Shown here piece after piece: positions 1 to 8,359 of a stretch of 64,000 bases of DNA. The notes below the pieces were generated by a model. That model did no database searches. It was not told the origin of the DNA and saw only the letters and a program-made list of their open reading frames with translations. Every line of letters begins with the position of its first letter. Positions within the stretch are counted from its first letter, which is position 1. A program made the translations under genes and the position numbers. The stretch is taken from assembly GCA_031362565.1 (NCBI GenBank), contig JANLSU010000058.1:32001-96000 (forward strand). Direction: 5' to 3'. The stretch comes from a bacterium (GTDB lineage Bacteria > Krumholzibacteriota > Krumholzibacteriia > G020349025).

Positions 1-287
1 CGGACGTTCTCGAGTACGACCTGCCGGCGCCGGCTCGGGGGCGGCTCCGGCTCCTGCCCCAGGACGGGCGGCTGGCGCGTCTGGAGTGGTGGGTCGGCGG
101 CACCCTGCAGGTGGGGCTCGACTATGATCGCTACGTGGCGTGCGGCGCCGCATGGTTGCCGTCCCGGGTGCGGATCGTGGCGCCCGGTTCCGGGGTGCGC
201 GCCGAGATCCAGTTCGATCACGTGATGGCGCGGGACTCGTTCAGCACGGTGGATTTCGAAGTCGACGGGAACCTCGAAGGGCGGTGA
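1..287 (+). CDS. Partial CDS (C-terminus), probable LolA-fold/DUF4292-like periplasmic protein
   Basis: Open frame from nt 3 (DVLEYDLP...LDYDRYVACGAAWLPSRVRIV...FSTVDFEVDGNLEGR*) to TGA 285-287; beta-rich pattern resembles LolA-like C-termini. Confidence 0.55.
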   Translation, partial: DVLEYDLPAPARGRLRLLPQDGRLARLEWWVGGTLQVGLDYDRYVACGAAWLPSRVRIVAPGSGVRAEIQFDHVMARDSFSTVDFEVDGNLEGR

Positions 288-295
288 GGGGTAAC
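268..295 (+). promoter_or_regulatory. Putative ECF-sigma autoregulatory promoter GGAACC-N17-GTAAC
   Basis: GGAACC 268-273 and GTAAC 291-295 directly upstream of the ECF sigma gene; fits the generic ECF -35 GGAAC / -10 (C)GT architecture. Confidence 0.5.
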
Positions 296-333
296 ACGTG
301 TCGGACGAAGGAGAGACGCAGCCGGGAGTGCCA

Positions 334-972
334 ATGCAGCCGATGAGCGCCCTGCGGCCCGCGCCGCATCTCCAAGACCTCACCGATGAGACCCTCATGG
401 AGGTCTTGGTCGCCGGGGATCGAGCCGCGTTCGATGTGCTCGTGCACCGCCACAAGGCACGCCTCTACAGCTACCTCTTGCGGCTGATGCGCGATCCGAC
501 GGACGCCGAGGAAGTCGCTCAAGAAGCGTTCGTACGCGCCTACGTGCACGCGGACAAGTACCGGAACATCGCCAAGTTCACGACCTGGCTGTACACGATC
601 GCCACGAACTTGGTGCGCAACCGGATTCGCAAGACCCGCAGCACGCCGAAGCTGTTGTCACTGCAGTGGGGCCGTGGTGAGGAAGACGACAACGACCGCG
701 AAACGATCGATCTGCCGGATCCGCGTGACTTGCCGGACCGCGTGCTCGAGAAGTCGGAATTGCAGACGATCGTCGCGGATGGCATCGAACGAATTCCGGC
801 GCGCTATCGTGAAGCGTTCGTGCTGCGCGAAGTGAATCATTTCACGTACGAAGAAATCGCCGCGATTACCGGCCTCAAGCTCGGTACGGTGCGGTCGCGT
901 ATCAACCGCGGCCGGGCCCACTTTCGCGACGTCATGGAACCGCAACTGAAGCGCCTGCGGGCGCGCGGCTGA
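334..972 (+). CDS. ECF RNA polymerase sigma factor (RpoE/SigW-like)
   Basis: DAEEVAQEAF, FTTWLYTIATN (region 2) and YEEIAAITGLKLGTVRSRINRGR (region 4); ATG 334 with GGGAG at 324-328 (alternative GTG 298). Confidence 0.93.
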   Translation: MQPMSALRPAPHLQDLTDETLMEVLVAGDRAAFDVLVHRHKARLYSYLLRLMRDPTDAEEVAQEAFVRAYVHADKYRNIAKFTTWLYTIATNLVRNRIRKTRSTPKLLSLQWGRGEEDDNDRETIDLPDPRDLPDRVLEKSELQTIVADGIERIPARYREAFVLREVNHFTYEEIAAITGLKLGTVRSRINRGRAHFRDVMEPQLKRLRARG

Positions 973-996
973 GACCGTCTACGGCGAAGGAGGAAC

Positions 997-1578
997 GTGA
1001 GCATGCGGTGTGGTAAAGCGCAAGAGTGGTTGCGGATGCGGGACGACGAGCCACGGAGCGTGGCGGACCAGCGGCGTCTCGCGACCCATATGACGGAGTG
1101 CGCCCCGTGTGCAGCGTACGGGCGCGACTTGGAACAGCTCACCCAACTCGTGGCGGCCGGTCCGTGCGAGGAGCCTTCCGCCAGTTTCGATTGGCGGCTC
1201 AAGCTGCAGCTCGCGAAGGCGGAGCGCGGCGAACTACTGGAGACAACCGCGGTGGCGCCCGCTCCGTGGCGCGCCAGGCTGCAATTCGGCGGTGCAATGG
1301 CGATCGCCGCGGCCATCGTCGTCAGCCTTGGACTCGCCACCCTGCGTCACAGCGCCACCCAAACGTCGACAACGCTGGCCCGCGGGGTGCCGATCGAGGC
1401 CGGCGGCCTCGTGACTCCAGTACGCGATCCAGGTCCCGGCGCCGGCACGGCGGCGAATACCCTGGTGCGGGTGCCTTACGCTCCGCACCGGTACTTCCTC
1501 GACGAAGCACCGGCGCACACGACCGCGCGCGCCGATAGCGGGCCCAGCGCCCAGGACTTCCCGCCCGCCGCACACTGA
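997..1578 (+). CDS. Zinc-binding (ZAS) transmembrane anti-sigma factor
   Basis: HMTECAPC = HxxxCxxC, one hydrophobic helix (FGGAMAIAAAIVVSLGLA), follows the ECF sigma gene; RBS AGGAGG. Confidence 0.85.
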   Translation: MSMRCGKAQEWLRMRDDEPRSVADQRRLATHMTECAPCAAYGRDLEQLTQLVAAGPCEEPSASFDWRLKLQLAKAERGELLETTAVAPAPWRARLQFGGAMAIAAAIVVSLGLATLRHSATQTSTTLARGVPIEAGGLVTPVRDPGPGAGTAANTLVRVPYAPHRYFLDEAPAHTTARADSGPSAQDFPPAAH

Positions 1579-1859
1579 GGGACGCGCGCCGCGGCAACGG
1601 CACGCATCGCCACACGCCGGTGTGATCGGGTGCCGGAGAGCCCCAAGGATCCGGCGGCCGCACTGCAAAATCATCCCGCCTGTCGTCGTACGCCGCGAAG
1701 CGATCCCGCCGGGGGTGCGTTCGAGACGGACTTCGTCTACGATCCCGGCCGCCCGCGCCGGTCCGAGTTTCAACGTTTGTCAGTGCGCCGGGCAAAGGTC
1801 CGCAGGGCCGCAACGGCGCGCAATGCGCCCGCGGTTTCGACGTTCGCGATGGAGGCGCC

Positions 1860-3011
1860 GTGAAGACGTGGCGGATTCCCGTCGACCTCGGGGCGCGCTC
1901 GTACGATGTGCGCGTCAGCCCGCAAGGCGCGGAGTACATCGCCGCGGCACTGTCGCGTCTCACCGGCGACTGGTGCGTGGTCACCGATACGCACGTCGCC
2001 CGCGCGGTATGGCCGGGCGTGGCGCGGGAACTGCGCCGGCGGGGTTTCGCGCCACCGCGACCGATCGTCATCCCGGCGGGGGAACGGCACAAGCGCCTGA
2101 TGACGGTCGAACGGGTGCAGCGTGCACTCTTGCGGCGCGGCGCCGATCGTTCGACTTGCGTCATCGCCCTGGGCGGTGGAGTCGTCGGCGATCTGGCGGG
2201 ATTTGCCGCCGCCACCTACATGCGCGGCATCGATTGGATCGCGGCACCGACCAGCTTGCTCGCGATGGTCGATGCGGCCGTGGGCGGCAAGGTCGGCGTC
2301 AATCTCGCCCTGACGAAGAACGCCAGCGGGGCATTTCATCAGCCGCGGGCGGTGTGGGCGGCCACCGGGTTGCTGCGCACATTGCCCGGCCGCGAGCGCC
2401 GGAGTGGTCTGGGTGAGGTGGTGAAGTACGGCATGATCGCCGACCCGCAACTGTTCCGAACCTTGGAACGTGAGGCGCGCGCGTGGCAGAGGCCCCGCCC
2501 CGCCGCCGATGCCGCGCTCGTGGCGCGCTGCGTGCGAATCAAGGCGCGCTTCGTGGCGGCGGACGAGCGTGAAGGTGGAATGCGCGCCGCCCTCAACTTC
2601 GGTCACACCGTCGGACATGCGCTCGAAGGGGACGGGAATCGCGGCTTGCGGCATGGCGAGGCGGTCGGGCTCGGCATGCTGGCGGCGAGCGCCGTCGCGG
2701 CGCGGCTTGGGATTGCCGGCGCGGGGCAACGCCAGCGGCTTGCCGAACTGCTCGCGGCACTCGGACTGCCGACGTGCGTCGAGCGCCGCGTGCCGGTTGC
2801 CGTGCTGCGCAATGCATGGCGGCGCGACAAGAAATCGCGGCGCGGCGCGCCGAGATTCGTATTGACTCCGGACATCGGGACTGTTAGCGTTGGTCACCAT
2901 GTTCCGGACGAAATTATCGTCCTTGCGCTGCAGGGAATCCTCGACCCGCAAGCTCCCGCAACGAGATCACGACTTCGGCGAGCTTCTCGACGCAGCGCCG
3001 TTCCGAGGTAA
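1860..3011 (+). CDS. aroB: 3-dehydroquinate synthase
   Basis: ALGGGVVGDLAGFAAATYMRGI, PTSLLAMVDAAVGGKVGVN, LNFGHTVGHALE, HGEAV. Confidence 0.96.
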   Translation: MKTWRIPVDLGARSYDVRVSPQGAEYIAAALSRLTGDWCVVTDTHVARAVWPGVARELRRRGFAPPRPIVIPAGERHKRLMTVERVQRALLRRGADRSTCVIALGGGVVGDLAGFAAATYMRGIDWIAAPTSLLAMVDAAVGGKVGVNLALTKNASGAFHQPRAVWAATGLLRTLPGRERRSGLGEVVKYGMIADPQLFRTLEREARAWQRPRPAADAALVARCVRIKARFVAADEREGGMRAALNFGHTVGHALEGDGNRGLRHGEAVGLGMLAASAVAARLGIAGAGQRQRLAELLAALGLPTCVERRVPVAVLRNAWRRDKKSRRGAPRFVLTPDIGTVSVGHHVPDEIIVLALQGILDPQAPATRSRLRRASRRSAVPR

Positions 3012-3014
3012 GCG

Positions 3015-4493
3015 ATGAACGACACACCACAGGCCCGCGCCGACGTGGAACGATTGCTGGCGCATTACAACCTGGCTCCCGAGTCGCGCGCATTTGCACC
3101 GCTGGCGGACGCCTATCGCACCGCCGGTCGTTTGGATGAAGCGGTTCGCGTTCTCCAAACCGGACTCAGCCGCCACCCGCGGTACGTCTCGGCGTTCGTT
3201 CTGCTGGGATTTTGTCAGCGCGACCTGCACCAGGAGGACGCGGCCGAATCCACATTCGCGCGGGTTCTCGAATTGGATCCCGACAATTTGATCGCGTTGC
3301 GTTACCGCGCTGAATGCGCCCGCCGGCGCGGCGTGCTGGAGCGCGCCGTCGAGTATTTGCGCCGCGCGCTCGAACTTGATCCGTTCGATCGCGACGTGCA
3401 GGCCGACCTTGGGCTCGTCACCACGGCACTCGAGCGCCAGACGCGCGAGCGCGCCGCGCCCGATTGGCCGCCGGGCGCGCGTGTCGAGCGCCGCGATCCC
3501 GATCCGTTCAGCGTCGAACCTGCGGCACCCGCGACCGTGCACCCGTTGCCGTTCGAGCCGGCCGCCTTTCCCGCCGCGCCGCCGATTGCGACTCCCGCCG
3601 CATCCGTGGCGGCGATTCCGGCGGCGCCCGAACCCGAATCCGAACCGGTGCCGCAGTCCGGCGTGCGGCGCGGTGCGATCGAGCCGCCGTTGATCGACTT
3701 GCGCCGCGTCGGGCGCCCCGAAGCGGCGCCCGAATCCGCAGCGGTGTCCGAGCCCGAGCCCCGAACCGTGGAGCCGCCGGCGACGGCGCGCCCGGCGGGG
3801 GATCGACCGGCCTGGCACTTCACCCGCCAAGAAGACCGCATCGTCGTCGTGCCGACCGACGCTCCGGTGCGCGGCCCGATTCGGTCGGTCGAGGATCGAT
3901 TGTTTTCGACGCAACGGGCCTTTTCGCCGCTGCCCGATGTCGAACCGCCGGTCGCGAGCGGGCCGCCGGAGGGACCAACTCCTGTGGGTGGCGAGAAAGA
4001 ATTTGCCACCCGCACCCTGGCGCGGATCTACGAATCGCAGGGCTATTTCGACAAAGCGTTGCTCATTTACGAGGAGTTGCACCGCCAGCATCCCGAGGAT
4101 CGCGACATCGCGGATCGACGTGCGGCGTTGCAGCGCGGGCCGGCGAGCCCGGCCGAGACGCCGCCACCACGACCGACTCTGCCGCCGGCCGAAGCCCAAC
4201 GCGAACCGGCCGAGGACGAACAGGGCGTCGCATGGCGCCTGTTGGACACGGGCGATCCGGCCCATCCGCAGCACACGGCGTCACGGCTGCGGCGCGTCGC
4301 CGAAGATGCTCGCGAACGTGATCAGGCGCGCCGCCACACGATCGTCGGAACGCCGCCAGTCGAATCACCGCCGGCGCCAGCACCCACGCCGGCGTCTTTT
4401 GCCCCGCCACTACTCGCACCGGCCGAAGATCTGGGCCGCGGGCATCAAGACTTCGATCGATTTCTGACCTATTTGCGTTCACTCAAGCCGTGA
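3015..4493 (+). CDS. Tetratricopeptide-repeat protein with Pro/Ala-rich linker
   Basis: N-terminal TPRs (FAPLADAYR...EAVRVL; RVLELDPDN; RALELDPFD), long P/A/E-rich region, C-terminal TLARIYESQGYFDKALLIYEEL. Confidence 0.85.
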   Translation: MNDTPQARADVERLLAHYNLAPESRAFAPLADAYRTAGRLDEAVRVLQTGLSRHPRYVSAFVLLGFCQRDLHQEDAAESTFARVLELDPDNLIALRYRAECARRRGVLERAVEYLRRALELDPFDRDVQADLGLVTTALERQTRERAAPDWPPGARVERRDPDPFSVEPAAPATVHPLPFEPAAFPAAPPIATPAASVAAIPAAPEPESEPVPQSGVRRGAIEPPLIDLRRVGRPEAAPESAAVSEPEPRTVEPPATARPAGDRPAWHFTRQEDRIVVVPTDAPVRGPIRSVEDRLFSTQRAFSPLPDVEPPVASGPPEGPTPVGGEKEFATRTLARIYESQGYFDKALLIYEELHRQHPEDRDIADRRAALQRGPASPAETPPPRPTLPPAEAQREPAEDEQGVAWRLLDTGDPAHPQHTASRLRRVAEDARERDQARRHTIVGTPPVESPPAPAPTPASFAPPLLAPAEDLGRGHQDFDRFLTYLRSLKP

Positions 4494-4504
4494 GGCAAAC
4501 GCCG

Positions 4505-4954
4505 ATGCACGTGCTGGTGATGAACGGTCCCAATTTGAATTTGCTCGGCGAGCGCCAGCCGGAACTGTACGGCCGCGACACGCTCGCGACGATCGAGGCG
4601 CGCTTGCGCGAGCTGGCACAGGCGTTCGATGATCTGCAGTTGACGTTCTTTCAATCCAATTCCGAAGGGGCGTTAATCGACACCCTGCACGGTGCGGGCC
4701 GTGCCGCCGGCGGCATCGTGATCAATCCCGGTGGCCTCGGCCACACGAGCGTGGCGCTCCGCGATGCAGTCGCGGCGATCGGCGTCGCGACGATCGAAGT
4801 CCACCTGACGAACATTCACGCCCGCGAACCGTTTCGGCGCCGTTCCTTGCTCGCCGGAGCATGTGTCGGCAGCATCTGCGGCCTCGGTGCCCTTGGCTAC
4901 GAGTTGGCTCTGCGCGCTCTCGCCGCGCGGGCGGGCGGCGCGGCGATTTCCTGA
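4505..4954 (+). CDS. aroQ: Type II 3-dehydroquinate dehydratase
   Basis: NGPNLNLLGERQPELYG, QSNSEGALID, INPGGLGHTSVALRDA, EVHLTNIHAREPFR; alternative GTG start 4490. Confidence 0.96.
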   Translation: MHVLVMNGPNLNLLGERQPELYGRDTLATIEARLRELAQAFDDLQLTFFQSNSEGALIDTLHGAGRAAGGIVINPGGLGHTSVALRDAVAAIGVATIEVHLTNIHAREPFRRRSLLAGACVGSICGLGALGYELALRALAARAGGAAIS

Positions 4955-5041
4955 GAGGCGTTGCCGCCCGGTCGCCGGGTGTGGTACACCCCAGCGATTC
5001 GCGGCCCTCTTCCCGAGGGTCCAAGGGGCGGGGGCCCATCC

Positions 5042-5518
5042 ATGCGCGATGCACGCATCGAATACTTGATCCACCTGGTGGAGAAGAGCGACATCGTGGA
5101 ACTCGAAATCCACGAGGGTTGGGGCCGCCGCATTCGCATTCTCCGCAAGTTCGCGGCGCCGGCGGCGCATTCCGCCGCGCCGTCCGCCATGGCGGCGCAT
5201 GCGCCGGCTCCGGCCGCCGCGAACCCCGGAGCCGCCGACGAGCAGCCGCGCCCGGCCCCCGAGGATGACCCGAATTTGATCAAAGTCGTGTCGCCGATGG
5301 TCGGCATGTTCTACCGCGGCTCATCGCCCGAAGTGCCGCCGTTCGTCGAAGTGGGCAGTCAAGTCGCGCCCGGGCAGACGCTGTGCATCATTGAAGCGAT
5401 GAAGCTCATGAACGAAATCGCCGCCGAGACGACCGGCAGCGTGCGGAAAATCCTCGTCGAAAACGGCCAGCCGGTCGAATTCGGGCAAACCCTCTTCCTG
5501 CTCGAAAAAACCAACTGA
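5042..5518 (+). CDS. accB: Acetyl-CoA carboxylase biotin carboxyl carrier protein
   Basis: SPMVGMFYR...PFV, biotinylation motif [19 protein letters not shown]. Confidence 0.96.
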   Translation: MRDARIEYLIHLVEKSDIVELEIHEGWGRRIRILRKFAAPAAHSAAPSAMAAHAPAPAAANPGAADEQPRPAPEDDPNLIKVVSPMVGMFYRGSSPEVPPFVEVGSQVAPGQTLCIIEAMKLMNEIAAETTGSVRKILVENGQPVEFGQTLFLLEKTN

Positions 5519-5670
5519 ATTTCGCATCGCACTCCTTTGACCGGCGCGGACCGTGAGGCCGTGCCGGCGGCGTGGCGCGTTTCCAGGGCGCCTTGCTGGT
5601 GAGGATCTTGCACCGTCCGAAGCCGTGCACGCCGCCGCGGTGCCGCGGCGTGGACGATGGGGGTTTCCCG

Positions 5671-6804
5671 TTGAACGTCCGGTCGATCCTGCAGCAGATG
5701 GTGTCGCTTGGCGCCTCGGACTTGCACGTCAAGGCAGGCATCCCGCCGCTCGCCCGAGTGCACGGACTCCTGACGGCGCTCGACGTGCCGGCACCCACGC
5801 CGCGCGAACTCGAGGAAGTGGCACAACAGATTCTGACCCCCGTGCAGCGCGATCAGTTCGAGACCACGCGTGAGGTCGACTTCGCGTTCGGCGTGGCGGG
5901 ACTGGCGCGGTTTCGCGCCAATTTCTTCGTGCAGCGGGGCTCCATCTCCATGGTGTTCCGGCACGTGCCGACCGAAATTCAAGCGCTCGAGCATCTCGGC
6001 TTGCCGCCTGTCGTCGAGGAACTCGCATCGAAGCCGCGCGGCCTCATCCTGGTGACCGGCACGGTCGGCAGCGGTAAATCGACGACCCTCGCGGCGATCA
6101 TTCACCGCATCAACTGCACGATGCCCATGAACATCATTACGATCGAAGATCCGATCGAGTTCCTGCACCGCGATCAGCAGGCGCTCATCCAGCAGCGCGA
6201 GGTCGGCAGCGACACCGCATCCTTCCAAGCGGCGCTGCGTCACATCCTGCGGCAGGATCCGGATGTGATCATGATCGGCGAAATCCGCGACAAAGAAACC
6301 ATGGACATCGCCTTGACGGCGGCCGACACCGGCCACCTCGTGCTGTCGACATTGCACACGATCGACGCCACCCAGACGATGAATCGCGTCATCTCGTTCT
6401 TCGAGCCGCACCAGCACCAGGAGATCCGCTACTTGCTGGCCTCGACTCTGGCCGGCGTGATCTCGCAGCGCTTGATTCGCACCGCCGATGGCCAGGGCCG
6501 CGTTGCGGCCGTCGAGGTCATGGTGTCGACGAGCAGTATCCGCGAATACATCAAGGATCCGGAGAAGACGCCGCTGATCCGCCAGGCGATTCAGGAAGGC
6601 GTCATCCAGTACGGCATGCAGACGTTCGACCAGGCGCTGATGAAGCTCGTGCAGGAGGCCCGCATCACGCGGGACGAGGCGCTGCGCGTCAGTACGAATC
6701 CGCACGAACTGGCGCTGCGCATGGGCGGCATTCAAGCCTCGAGCGACCAGTCCTGGAACCGCTTCGAGAAGGGCGAGACGTCGGCCGCCAAGGCGCCCTT
6801 CTGA
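5671..6804 (+). CDS. pilT: Type IV pilus retraction ATPase PilT/PilU family
   Basis: GASDLHV, RFRANFF, Walker A GTVGSGKST, ITIEDPIE, LRQDPDVIMIGEIRD, TGHLVLSTLHT, GMQTFDQAL; probable TTG start 5671. Confidence 0.92.
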   Translation: MNVRSILQQMVSLGASDLHVKAGIPPLARVHGLLTALDVPAPTPRELEEVAQQILTPVQRDQFETTREVDFAFGVAGLARFRANFFVQRGSISMVFRHVPTEIQALEHLGLPPVVEELASKPRGLILVTGTVGSGKSTTLAAIIHRINCTMPMNIITIEDPIEFLHRDQQALIQQREVGSDTASFQAALRHILRQDPDVIMIGEIRDKETMDIALTAADTGHLVLSTLHTIDATQTMNRVISFFEPHQHQEIRYLLASTLAGVISQRLIRTADGQGRVAAVEVMVSTSSIREYIKDPEKTPLIRQAIQEGVIQYGMQTFDQALMKLVQEARITRDEALRVSTNPHELALRMGGIQASSDQSWNRFEKGETSAAKAPF

Positions 6805-6842
6805 CCGTTCCTCGCCAACGCCCCGCCAATCCACGGCCCGTG

Positions 6843-6851
6843 TGCTAGACT
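6843..6851 (+). promoter_or_regulatory. Extended -10 element (TG-C-TAGACT) 7 nt before the accC ATG
   Basis: TG 6843-6844, TAGACT 6846-6851, ATG 6859; no Shine-Dalgarno visible. Confidence 0.5.
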
Positions 6852-6858
6852 GCCGCGC

Positions 6859-8223
6859 ATGTTTCGTAAGATCCTGGTCGCGAACCGCGGCGAAATCGCC
6901 CTACGCATCATCCGAGCCTGCCGTGAACTCGGCATCGACACGGTGGCCGTGCATTCGGAAGCCGACGGCGACTCTTTGCACGTCAAATTCGCCGATGAGA
7001 GCGTTTGCATCGGCCCGAATCCGAGCGCCGACAGCTACCGCAAGATTCCCGCCTTGCTCGCCGCCGCCGAGATCACCGGCGCCGATGCCGTGCACCCGGG
7101 GTACGGTTTCCTGGCCGAGAACGCCCAATTCGCGTCGGTCGTCGAGTCGTGCGGCTTGACTTGGATCGGCCCGCGTCCGGACGTCATCCGCTCCATGGGC
7201 GACAAGTCGGAAGCCCGCAAACTCATGCGCGCCGCCGGCGTGCCGATCACGCCGGGAAGCGATCTGCTCGAAAATCCCAGCGACGCTCTGGCGGTCGCCC
7301 GGGAGATCGGCTATCCGGTCATCGTTAAAGCCGTCGCCGGCGGTGGTGGGCGCGGCATGCGCGTGGCGCAAGACGAGGATGAACTCTTAGGGGCGATTTC
7401 GACGGCACAAACCGAAGCCGAAGCGGCATTCGGCAATGCCGGCGTGTACGTCGAGAAATACCTCGTCAACCCGCGGCATGTCGAAATTCAGATCCTCGGC
7501 GACAAGCACGGCAACGTGATCCATCTTGGCGAGCGCGACTGCTCGACGCAGCGCCGCCACCAGAAGCTCATCGAGGAAGCGCCGTCGCCGGCGGTGGGGC
7601 CGGCGTTGCGCCAGCGCTTCGGCGATGTCGCGGTGCGCGGCGCTCAGAAGGTGCGCTACGACTCGGCCGGCACCATGGAGTTCCTGTTGGACGAGGACGG
7701 CTCGTTCTACTTCATGGAAATGAACACCCGCATCCAAGTGGAGCATCCGGTGACCGAGCTGGTCACCGGCGTCGACATCGTGAAAGAGCAGATCGCGATC
7801 GCGGCGGGCGAAAAACTCACGCTCCGCCAGTCGGATGTCGAATTTCGCGGCCACGCGATCGAAGTGCGGATCAATGCCGAGGATCCACTCGCCGGATTTC
7901 GTCCGTCGCCGGGCAAGGTCGAGTTCTTTCACATGCCCGGCGGCATCGGCGTCCGCATCGACTCGCATGTGTACCAGGGGTACACGATCAGCCCGTACTA
8001 CGATTCCCTGATCGCCAAGCTGCTGGTGCACGGCCGCGATCGCGCCGAAGCGGTCGCGCGCATGGACCGCGCCCTCTCGGAATGCCTCATCACCGGCATC
8101 AAGACCACGACCGAGTTCAGCCTCGATTTGATCCGTTCGGAAGACTTTCGCGCCGGCAAAGTCACGACGCGATTTCTCGAGCGCTTCCTCCAGACGTACC
8201 AGCCGAGTCCAACGGTCGTATAA
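6859..8223 (+). CDS. accC: Acetyl-CoA carboxylase biotin carboxylase
   Basis: [62 protein letters not shown]. Confidence 0.97.
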   Translation: MFRKILVANRGEIALRIIRACRELGIDTVAVHSEADGDSLHVKFADESVCIGPNPSADSYRKIPALLAAAEITGADAVHPGYGFLAENAQFASVVESCGLTWIGPRPDVIRSMGDKSEARKLMRAAGVPITPGSDLLENPSDALAVAREIGYPVIVKAVAGGGGRGMRVAQDEDELLGAISTAQTEAEAAFGNAGVYVEKYLVNPRHVEIQILGDKHGNVIHLGERDCSTQRRHQKLIEEAPSPAVGPALRQRFGDVAVRGAQKVRYDSAGTMEFLLDEDGSFYFMEMNTRIQVEHPVTELVTGVDIVKEQIAIAAGEKLTLRQSDVEFRGHAIEVRINAEDPLAGFRPSPGKVEFFHMPGGIGVRIDSHVYQGYTISPYYDSLIAKLLVHGRDRAEAVARMDRALSECLITGIKTTTEFSLDLIRSEDFRAGKVTTRFLERFLQTYQPSPTVV

Positions 8224-8359
8224 CCGCCGTCTGGATCGGTCCGCACCTCGAACCACGTGTGTGGACAGCATCCGTTGTTGCTCTCGCGCCGTTGCATCTG
8301 CAAAATTCGCCCGCAGCGTCGGCAGCGTGGTTCGCGGTGCGTCGTCGAAGGGTGGGGGG

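Noticed and set aside
1576..1863. Possible UGA read-through of the anti-sigma gene into the in-frame 1630 ORF (small CACAC/GTGTG hairpin at 1611-1624)
   Set aside because: No Cys/Sec-type motif at the UGA, the hairpin is weak and distant, and an open frame after a stop is common at this GC content
3540..3790. Repetitive CCG/GCG/GAACCC tracts
   Set aside because: Low-complexity Pro/Ala/Glu linker of the TPR protein, not a DNA repeat array
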